DNA of 44,284 bases from Planctomycetota bacterium (GTDB taxonomy: Bacteria; Planctomycetota; Phycisphaerae; WQYP01). Under the pieces are notes generated by a model, which saw nothing but the letters and a program-made list of their open reading frames with translations, did not search any database and was not told the origin of the DNA. How positions within the stretch are numbered: position 1 is the first letter of the stretch; each line of letters starts with the position of its first letter. The translations under genes were made by a program, and so were the position numbers. Where the stretch lies: the NCBI GenBank assembly GCA_021780285.1, contig JAJXZA010000134.1, positions 1 to 44,284 of the forward strand, in the 5' to 3' direction. Below are positions 37,242 through 44,284 of this stretch, one piece after another.

Positions 37242-39812
37242 ATGAAAAATCATTTTATTGTTTGTTTAACAGGTTTGACTGCGGTAACGGCTTTGGCCGG
37301 GGCTTCCGTAGCCGCGACTGCTCCCGCCGGAATGTCGCCCCAGTCGCTTCTGCAGACGCGCTTTGTCAGTCATCTGGAAGATCTGAATTTGCAACCCTTG
37401 GTGCAGCAGGCCGCGGCCGATCATGCCAAAGGCCCCGCAGCCGGCTTGTTTCGTTCCGCTGTAATTTTCACGCAGTGGGGTAGTTACGCCAGCCATCCTG
37501 AAGAGCAGTTTAAGCTGGGCCAGGAGTTTGTCCGCGATGTGCAGGCATATTTTAAGGCCAGCGGCGGCGCGGTGGATGCCAATTGGGCGCTGGATCAGGC
37601 GAAGTTTATTTTTGCAAATATCGTTCCGCCGCTGTCAGATAAAATTGAGTATTGGTCCGGTACGCCGAAAGATTTGGCTGCTTTGCAGCCGGTGGCGCAA
37701 TTGGCGCACGACCTGCTAAAACTGGCCGCCGCCAAATTCGGCGGTACCATCGCTCGACTGAACAACGCCGTGCATTTTACCGATGCCGATGAGCAAGTAT
37801 ACATGACTGCCATGAACGGCCAAACCCAAACAGGGTATTATCAAGCCTATGGCGATTACTTTTTGGCCCTCTCGCTGCCGGCCGCCTCACCGCAGCGGAG
37901 TAAGCTGTTGGATCAATCCATAGCGCTGCTGCAACATTGGATTAAATCCGGTTCGCAGTCAGGTGTTTTATACCAGTCGCTGTTGCTGAGTGGCAAGGCC
38001 AATCTTCAAAATGGTAAATATGGCCATGCGATAAGCGACTTAACCCAAGCCCAGGCAAGCGGATCGCCCCTGTGGGTGCAATACCAGGCTAAATATCAGC
38101 AGATCGTCGCCATGCTGCGCAAGGGAGACCTCAAAGCGGCCGCTGCCAGCCAAGCCTCCTACAGCCAATGGATTCGCGATAACAAGTCCATAGACGTGCC
38201 CAGCGCACGCATGGGAGCCGAGCTTCTGCGCTACCGAATTTTGGCTCGCGATAAATCGCAGCAGCAGGCCGCTACCCAGCTTGTGCTTACTATTGTCAGT
38301 AAGGCTCCGCAGTACCAGGATCTGATCTATCAACATTTGGCGGGCGGCATCACGGGCAAGCCGAACTTCGCGGCCCTTGAGCCGATTAAAACCCTGGCCT
38401 ATGCGTGGTTGCAGGCGCACCATCGAAACAATGCACAAAGCCTCGACGCCGTCAATTACCTGCTCGCCGACAAAAGCCTTGCCCCTGATATTCGCCGGGA
38501 GGCGCTCTTGATTGGCGGCATATGCAACGGGCGGCTGGGACGGTTGGATCAATCCATTAAGATGGACGTAGAGTTTATTGAGGCAAAGCCGACCGATCCA
38601 CGGGCCAAAAATGTGCTCGATGTCGCGCTGTACCACCTGCGGCAACTCAACGAAGGCGGCGGTTCAACGCCGGGCCTTTCCAAACTCACGCTTAAGGCCC
38701 TCGATCTTGCGTACAACACGTTTCACGAAAGCAAGTGGGCGCTGCCTTATGCAACGCAGCTTGAAAAAGCCAAACAGCTTTCTCAAGCCCAGAAGGTTCT
38801 TAACACCATTCCCGGCACCAACAAGTTTTACCTGTTGGCCCATTACCAGTTGGTGCGCATAGCAACCATCGAGCTTGGCAACCTCGTGGATGAAAAAAAA
38901 TCACCGACGCAACAGCGTCAAGCGGCGCTTAACCTGATGCAGCAGTGCCAAAGCTTTCTTGCCAGTCTCGATCAGCCCCCACCCGGCACACCGCCTGATG
39001 TGATCAAAGAAGTTCGGGGCTATCGGCAGGACATTTGGTTGATCCAGGCCAGCACCGCGCTGGACCCTTTGCAGGACCCATCCGCCGCGGGCCGGGCGCT
39101 GGATAAACTGGAAGCTATCCGCAAAACGCTCTCGCCACGGCTTCAGGGCGTTGTGCTTCGGTACCGTATACGTCAGTATCAGCTCAGCAACGAACCTCAG
39201 AAGATTTTGCCGCTGGTAAAGCAATATGCCGATCAATCATCGCAAAGTGCTGATGACGTTATTCGCGGCCTGATCGGGCAATACGATTCCGAAAGCCGCC
39301 GCATTCAGAAAACCGACCCGGTCAAGGCGCAATCCATGGCCAACGACGCGGCGGCGCTGCTCAACCAGCTCATCGCGTATCTTCAGAGCAAACCGGGCAC
39401 CAAGCCGGATGAGATATACACTTATCAGCAGATTTATGCCGACGAACTGGTTCGTGCGGGCCACCCGCATCAGGCGATGGCGCTGTATAAGCAGCTTGAA
39501 AGCCAAAAGCCTCAGGACTTACGCAACTTTTTGGGCGTGGCTCGCTGCGCCTACGAAACCGCTGATTACAGTTATTCGCACAGTTTGTATGTCCGAACCA
39601 TTCCCAAGTTGACCCCCGGCTCAGAGCTTTTCTGGGGTGCGTATATCTATCTGATCAGAGGCAACCTGCGGGCGAATGCTCATCGTGATGCCACGACCAA
39701 ATCGCTTGAGCAGCTTTACGCCATTTACGGTAATCAGATCGGCGGAAAATATTACCATGCACAGTTCATGCAATTACTCAACACGTATGGCGTTTCGACA
39801 AGTTCGCAGTAA
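37242..39812 (+). CDS. Large secreted alpha-helical repeat (TPR-like) protein, function unknown
   Basis: 856 aa from ATG 37242. Sec-type signal MKNHFIVCLTGLTAVTALAGASVAA. Helical-repeat composition throughout. Co-directional with and immediately downstream of exbD2. The track ORF start 37065 overlaps exbD2. Confidence 0.7.
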   Translation: MKNHFIVCLTGLTAVTALAGASVAATAPAGMSPQSLLQTRFVSHLEDLNLQPLVQQAAADHAKGPAAGLFRSAVIFTQWGSYASHPEEQFKLGQEFVRDVQAYFKASGGAVDANWALDQAKFIFANIVPPLSDKIEYWSGTPKDLAALQPVAQLAHDLLKLAAAKFGGTIARLNNAVHFTDADEQVYMTAMNGQTQTGYYQAYGDYFLALSLPAASPQRSKLLDQSIALLQHWIKSGSQSGVLYQSLLLSGKANLQNGKYGHAISDLTQAQASGSPLWVQYQAKYQQIVAMLRKGDLKAAAASQASYSQWIRDNKSIDVPSARMGAELLRYRILARDKSQQQAATQLVLTIVSKAPQYQDLIYQHLAGGITGKPNFAALEPIKTLAYAWLQAHHRNNAQSLDAVNYLLADKSLAPDIRREALLIGGICNGRLGRLDQSIKMDVEFIEAKPTDPRAKNVLDVALYHLRQLNEGGGSTPGLSKLTLKALDLAYNTFHESKWALPYATQLEKAKQLSQAQKVLNTIPGTNKFYLLAHYQLVRIATIELGNLVDEKKSPTQQRQAALNLMQQCQSFLASLDQPPPGTPPDVIKEVRGYRQDIWLIQASTALDPLQDPSAAGRALDKLEAIRKTLSPRLQGVVLRYRIRQYQLSNEPQKILPLVKQYADQSSQSADDVIRGLIGQYDSESRRIQKTDPVKAQSMANDAAALLNQLIAYLQSKPGTKPDEIYTYQQIYADELVRAGHPHQAMALYKQLESQKPQDLRNFLGVARCAYETADYSYSHSLYVRTIPKLTPGSELFWGAYIYLIRGNLRANAHRDATTKSLEQLYAIYGNQIGGKYYHAQFMQLLNTYGVSTSSQ

Positions 39813-39942
39813 TGCGCCAACGGTAAAACCTTGCATTGCGCTTTGATCATATGCGACGCTGAATGATGTGGCGGCTGAATCCGGTTATAAGGGCTTAAGA
39901 ATCGTAGTCTTCCGGCGGTCTTTCTGTTCTGCCAACAGGGCA

Positions 39943-41391
39943 TCATTGCCCGCGGCGACGGCGTTCGCGCAGCTTGCGCTTCTGCTGGGGTGAGAGCCGG
40001 CTTACCTCGCGTGCCGGTCCTGCAGACATGCGGCTCATGGCCGAGTACTGTTCGGGCGTCATGCCGGCCATCGCCTTGGCCAGGCCAGCTTTATCGCCCA
40101 TGGTCATTCGGCTCATTTTCTTAACCATGTCCCGGGCTGATGCAAAACCCTTAACAAGTCGCGAAACATCGTCCACCTGCACCCCGGCGCCGCGGGCGAT
40201 GCGCCGGCGATGGGAGGCTTCAATCATGTCGGGATTTTGCCGCTCTTTGCGGGCCATGCTCTGGATGATTGCTTCAGCCTTATTCAACTCCTCTTCCGGA
40301 AGATGCAGGTCTTTCAGTGCTGATCCCATTCCGGGCATCATGCCAAGCAACTGCTTAAGAGGCCCCATTTTTCGCACGGATCGCATCTGATCAAGAAAGT
40401 CATCAAGGGTAAAGGTGGCATTGGCCAGTTTGGCCTGCATTTTCTGGGCTTGCTTTTCGTCAAAGTGCTCCTGGGCCTTTTCAACGAGACTCAGCACGTC
40501 GCCCATGCCTAAAATGCGCTGCGCGATGCGGTCCGGATGAAACTCCTCAAGCATCTGCAGCTTTTCGCCGACACCCATGAATTTAATGGGTTTTCCGGTG
40601 ACGCTGCGCACCGAAAGCGCCGCGCCGCCGCGTGTATCAGAATCAAACTTGGTGACAATGATGCCGTCAATTTCAAGCTGTTCATTAAATGAGCGGGCGG
40701 AATTAACCGCATCTTGGCCCACCATGGCGTCTATTACCAGAAAAATCTGATGCGGTCGCACGGTGGCATTAATCTGCCGGAGCTGCTCCATCAGCGGTGC
40801 ATCTATATGCAGTCGGCCGGCGGTATCGAGAATAACCACATCGCGTCCCGTTTGCCGGGCATGTTCAATGGCGTTGCGGCAAATCGGCACCGGGTTGGCG
40901 GTGCCATCTTCGCGATAAATGGGTACCTCCACCTGTGTCGCCAGCGTGGCAAGCTGTTCAATAGCGGCGGGCCGCTGGGTATCGGCCGCCACCAGCAGCG
41001 GGTTTTTTCCTTTGCCTTTCAGGTACAGCGCAAGCTTGCCGCATGTGGTGGTTTTGCCCGACCCCTGAAGGCCACACATCATGATGACCGTCGGCGGTGA
41101 GGCGACAAATTGCACCCCCGTCGCCGATGGCCCCATCAGTTCCACCAGTTCGTCGTAAACAATTTTGATAATCTGCTGGCCCGGCTCAAGTGAATTGAGC
41201 ACTTCCGCACCGATGGCTTTGTCCAGCACCCGGCGAGAAAACTGGTCCACCACATCGTAATTGACATCCGCTTCGAGCAGGGCGGTGCGAACGTTGGCCA
41301 TTGCATCGCGAACGTTCGACTCACTTATGCGGCCGCGCCCCGACAGCGTCTTAACCAAGCCTGAAAATCGTTCCGAAAGTGAATCAAACAT
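39943..41391 (-). CDS. ffh: Signal recognition particle protein
   Basis: N domain MFDSLSERFSGLVKTL.G. G domain GLQGSGKTTTCGKLA, DTAGRL, TKFDSDTRGGAALS. Met-rich M domain and basic tail. Confidence 0.95.
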   Translation of the reverse strand: MFDSLSERFSGLVKTLSGRGRISESNVRDAMANVRTALLEADVNYDVVDQFSRRVLDKAIGAEVLNSLEPGQQIIKIVYDELVELMGPSATGVQFVASPPTVIMMCGLQGSGKTTTCGKLALYLKGKGKNPLLVAADTQRPAAIEQLATLATQVEVPIYREDGTANPVPICRNAIEHARQTGRDVVILDTAGRLHIDAPLMEQLRQINATVRPHQIFLVIDAMVGQDAVNSARSFNEQLEIDGIIVTKFDSDTRGGAALSVRSVTGKPIKFMGVGEKLQMLEEFHPDRIAQRILGMGDVLSLVEKAQEHFDEKQAQKMQAKLANATFTLDDFLDQMRSVRKMGPLKQLLGMMPGMGSALKDLHLPEEELNKAEAIIQSMARKERQNPDMIEASHRRRIARGAGVQVDDVSRLVKGFASARDMVKKMSRMTMGDKAGLAKAMAGMTPEQYSAMSRMSAGPAREVSRLSPQQKRKLRERRRRGQ

Positions 41392-41469
41392 GCAAGGAAA
41401 ATCCCATCACGAAAACTGGATCATCGCGCAGCGCCCGTTGGTCACGGTGCTTCACCCCGCTGCAATCCC

Positions 41470-42723
41470 TCAGGCCTGCACCACCGGCAGTGTTACCGTA
41501 CTGCCGCCGGTCTCTTTGGCGGCCTGAATCTTGGCATAACCCGAACCCAGCTCCCCGATCGGATCGGGCGGAATGATGTCCACAAGCTTTTCTCCGAGCT
41601 TCGCCTGACCGGCAAGTACTTTGGTCTGGAACTTTTTACATTCAGCCAGCAGGGCTTCGAGAATCTGTTCTTCCGGCACGTTGGCGACTTTTTCGCCCTG
41701 CACGTAAATGATGCCCCGCTTGTCGCCGGCAAAAATCGCCACGTCGGCGCCTTCACATTCACCGGGGCCGTTGACCACGCACCCCATCACAGCCACCTTG
41801 ATCGGCAGCGTAATTTCTTCTTTAAGTTTGCGGTTTACCTGCTGCACCAGCGTAAAAAGATCCACCTGAATGCGCCCGCAGGTGGGGCAGGCAATCAGTT
41901 CTGCGCCCTTGCGGGTGCGCAGGCCCAGCACATACAGCAGTTCGAGGCCGTCCTGTACTTCGTAAATCGGATCGTTGGCGTAACTTATGCGCAACGTATC
42001 GCCGATGCCATTGGCCAGCAGCGTGCCCAGCGGCACCACGCTGCGAATGGTTCCCGTTTCTTTGGGGCCGGCGTGTGTGACCCCTAAATGCAGCGGATGA
42101 TCAAACCGCTTGGAAATTTCGGTATAGGCGTCTATGACCAGCAGAGGATCAATTGACTTGGCCGAAATGACAATGTCATAAAAGTCCCGCTCATAAAATA
42201 TGTCGAGATATTCTTCGAGCTTGGTGATCATAATGGCCAGGAGGTGGCCGTGGCGATTGTCGCTGAACACCGCGCCAAGCTCTTTCATGCGGCGCTGTTT
42301 GTCTTTGCGTTCCACAATCGAGCCTTCATTGACGCCCACGCGAATGGGCAGCTTGCGCTCTTTGCAGGCGTCAATAACGCTTTCAACCTGTTTGCGGTCG
42401 TTTATGTTGCCCGGATTCAGGCGAATTTTATGCACGCCCGCTTCCACCGCCTCCAGCGCCCGCTGAAAGTGAAAGTGCACATCGGCGACAATCGGCACGC
42501 TCACCTGTTTGAGAATTTCCTTTAGTGCCAGCGTATCTTTTTTTTCAGGCACAGCCACGCGAACAATGTCGGCTCCGGCGGCGGCGAGTTTGTTGATTTC
42601 GCGCACGCATCCGTCAATATCATGGGTGTAGCCGCTGGTCATAGACTGCACCGCAATTGGGGCATCGCCGCCGATGAGTACATTGCCAACCTTAACCTGC
42701 CGGGTTTTCCGTCGCTGAATCAT
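41470..42723 (-). CDS. ispG: 4-hydroxy-3-methylbut-2-en-1-yl diphosphate synthase
   Basis: RRKTRQVKVGNVLIGGDAPIAVQSMT, VRVAVP, RLNPGNI, and [4Fe-4S] Cys ligands (ACPTCGR ... MGCVVNGPGE). Confidence 0.95.
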   Translation of the reverse strand: MIQRRKTRQVKVGNVLIGGDAPIAVQSMTSGYTHDIDGCVREINKLAAAGADIVRVAVPEKKDTLALKEILKQVSVPIVADVHFHFQRALEAVEAGVHKIRLNPGNINDRKQVESVIDACKERKLPIRVGVNEGSIVERKDKQRRMKELGAVFSDNRHGHLLAIMITKLEEYLDIFYERDFYDIVISAKSIDPLLVIDAYTEISKRFDHPLHLGVTHAGPKETGTIRSVVPLGTLLANGIGDTLRISYANDPIYEVQDGLELLYVLGLRTRKGAELIACPTCGRIQVDLFTLVQQVNRKLKEEITLPIKVAVMGCVVNGPGECEGADVAIFAGDKRGIIYVQGEKVANVPEEQILEALLAECKKFQTKVLAGQAKLGEKLVDIIPPDPIGELGSGYAKIQAAKETGGSTVTLPVVQA

Positions 42724-43103
42724 TCTGTCATTGCTCCTGTGCCAGTCGCCCGACCGCCACCCTGGCGCCGTGCAAACAATTCATTTTAGAGCAATGAGCC
42801 TGAAATAGGAAATAACCGGCACAATTTGCCACACCACATTTTCGGGCCCTTGGCCGGTAACCTCTCCTGATATGGGTTGACGTACCTCACGAGTCTTTTT
42901 GAGAGGAGTTTGAGATGCGTGAACGTATAATTGAGCGGTACGATACATGTATTAAAAATTGGGTTATTTCAGAGTTGGAATCGGGTCTCTTTTCAGCAAT
43001 AAGGGCCTCTCGCCATAGGTAGCTGAAATGGCTAATATGTGGTGGCCGCGGGCTTGCAAACCGAGGCCGTCGTGTGCTAAGCCCGATTATCTATGGAGCC
43101 TTT

Positions 43104-44141
43104 ATGTCGCGTCCTGTTACCTTGTTTACCGGCCAGTGGGCCGATTTGTCGCTTTCCGATATGTGCCGACAGGCCAAAGAGTTTGGCTACGATGGCCTGG
43201 AACTGGCCTGCTGGGGCGACCATTTTGAGGTGGGCCGTTCCCTGGTAGAAAAGGACTATGTGCGCCGCAAGTGGCAACTGCTCCAAAAACATGGCCTTGC
43301 TTGCCACGCCATCAGTGCTCATCTGGTGGGGCAGGCCGTTTGTGACAACATAGACGCCCGGCACCAGGCGATTCTGCCGGTGCATGTCTGGGGCGATGGC
43401 AAGCCTGAAGCCGTGCGGCAGCGTGCCGCCGAGGAAATGAAGAACACCGCCCGCGCAGCTCGCAAGTTTTTTGATGCGGCTCCGGCAGCGCTGAAGCGTA
43501 AACTCAAGCGGCCGGTGGTTAATGGCTTCACGGGCAGCAGCATCTGGCATTTGGTGTATAGCTTTCCGCCGGTGCTGGCGGGCCAGATAGAAGATGGCTT
43601 CAAGGATTTTGCCCGCCGATGGAATCCAATATTTGACGTATTTGACGAACACGGCGTGGTCTTTGCGCTCGAAGCGCATCCAACCGAAATTGCCTTTGAT
43701 ACCGCCAGCGCCCGCATGGCGGTTGATGCGGTCGGTGGACGCAGAAGCTTTGGTTTTAATTTTGACCCATCCCATTTTGTGTATCAGGGGGTTGATTATG
43801 TTGGATTTATTCGCGAGTTTGGCGACCGCATCTATCATGTGCATATGAAAGATGCCTGGGTCAGCCCGGTTCCCCGGCGCAGCGGCGTTTTCGGTGGGCA
43901 TTTGCCGTTTGGCCATGCTCAGCGGTTTTGGGAGTTTCGTTCGCTGGGCCGCGGTTGTGTTAATTTTGAGCAGGTTATTCGCGCTCTGAATGAAATTGCC
44001 TATCACGGGCCGCTTTCCGTGGAGTGGGAAGATCAGAACATGGACCGCCGCCACGGGGCCGCTGAAGCGGCTGCGTTCGTAAAAAAACTCGATTTCGCCC
44101 CCAGCAATATCGTATTTGATGCCCAGTTCGAACGGCACTAA
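43104..44141 (+). CDS. Sugar phosphate isomerase/epimerase (xylose isomerase-like TIM barrel)
   Basis: [35 protein letters not shown] metal-ligand blocks. GGAG lies 5 nt upstream of ATG 43104. The fully overlapping 359-aa minus-strand ORF is an antisense shadow. Confidence 0.85.
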   Translation: MSRPVTLFTGQWADLSLSDMCRQAKEFGYDGLELACWGDHFEVGRSLVEKDYVRRKWQLLQKHGLACHAISAHLVGQAVCDNIDARHQAILPVHVWGDGKPEAVRQRAAEEMKNTARAARKFFDAAPAALKRKLKRPVVNGFTGSSIWHLVYSFPPVLAGQIEDGFKDFARRWNPIFDVFDEHGVVFALEAHPTEIAFDTASARMAVDAVGGRRSFGFNFDPSHFVYQGVDYVGFIREFGDRIYHVHMKDAWVSPVPRRSGVFGGHLPFGHAQRFWEFRSLGRGCVNFEQVIRALNEIAYHGPLSVEWEDQNMDRRHGAAEAAAFVKKLDFAPSNIVFDAQFERH

Positions 44142-44284
44142 ATGGGCGGGAAGCACGCCTTAAGCTCGACTTTTGCCATTTTGCAGATGCGCTTTTCATG
44201 ACGGCAGACTTTAAAAAGATCGGACTCCCCCGTACATTCGCGGGTAATGACAACCATGCGAACCGGAAAGGAGTCCGATATGTT

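Noticed and set aside
43077-44156. 359-aa minus-strand ORF almost exactly coextensive with the sugar isomerase gene
   Set aside because: The translation is low-complexity and Arg/Ala/Gly-rich with no family signature, while the plus-strand frame has clear TIM-barrel motifs and an SD. It is a typical antisense shadow ORF in high-GC DNA.
1-44284. Search for tRNA, rRNA, tmRNA, SRP RNA, CRISPR repeats, transposase or integrase genes
   Set aside because: Reading the intergenic regions on both strands, I found no cloverleaf-compatible T-arm (GTTCRANNC within paired stems), no regularly spaced direct repeats, and no DDE/tyrosine/serine recombinase signatures. A covariance-model scan would be needed to exclude small RNAs fully.

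Overview
High-GC chromosomal window with ~37 supported protein genes. The gene content looks PVC/Planctomycetota-like: a prepilin-type pseudopilin orphan, sigma-54, and Ala/Pro-rich tails on ribosomal proteins. This taxon call is inference only. I found no rRNA, tRNA, CRISPR array, transposase or integrase.

Housekeeping genes: glyA, prmC, rpoN, mnmA, sppA, rpsP-trmD-rplS (no rimM), ffh, ispG, sixA and phoH.

Accessory content:
- A MarR-led tripartite MacAB/NodT-type efflux operon (6961-12539).
- A heterodimeric ABC exporter pair with one consistently degenerate ATP site (14335-18356).
- A large GH2 glycosidase.
- A visibly AT-rich ~1.8 kb orphan island (12540-14334) holding a YHS-domain miniprotein.

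The most interesting locus is 32645-39812. It encodes two paralogous membrane proteins, an ExbB, two ExbD proteins and an 856-aa secreted helical protein. Each paralog joins a TonB/TolA-like N-terminal anchor (FxWIASxLIH, S-x3-H) to a periplasmic von Willebrand A domain where a TonB C-terminal domain would be expected. A good sigma-54 promoter match (TGGTAC-N5-TTGCA) sits in front of the second paralog. I read this as a candidate Ton/Tol-like proton-motive-force motor with vWA/MIDAS output modules.

Smaller signals:
- A 21-bp perfect inverted repeat flanked by 14-bp direct repeats upstream of rpoN (MITE-like element or structured RNA).
- A 10-bp inverted repeat that would occlude the Shine-Dalgarno sequence of a gene starting at the window's 3' edge.
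- Several SD-preceded micro-ORFs.

Many long ORFs in the track are antisense shadows of real genes, and many real genes start downstream of the track's longest-ORF start.
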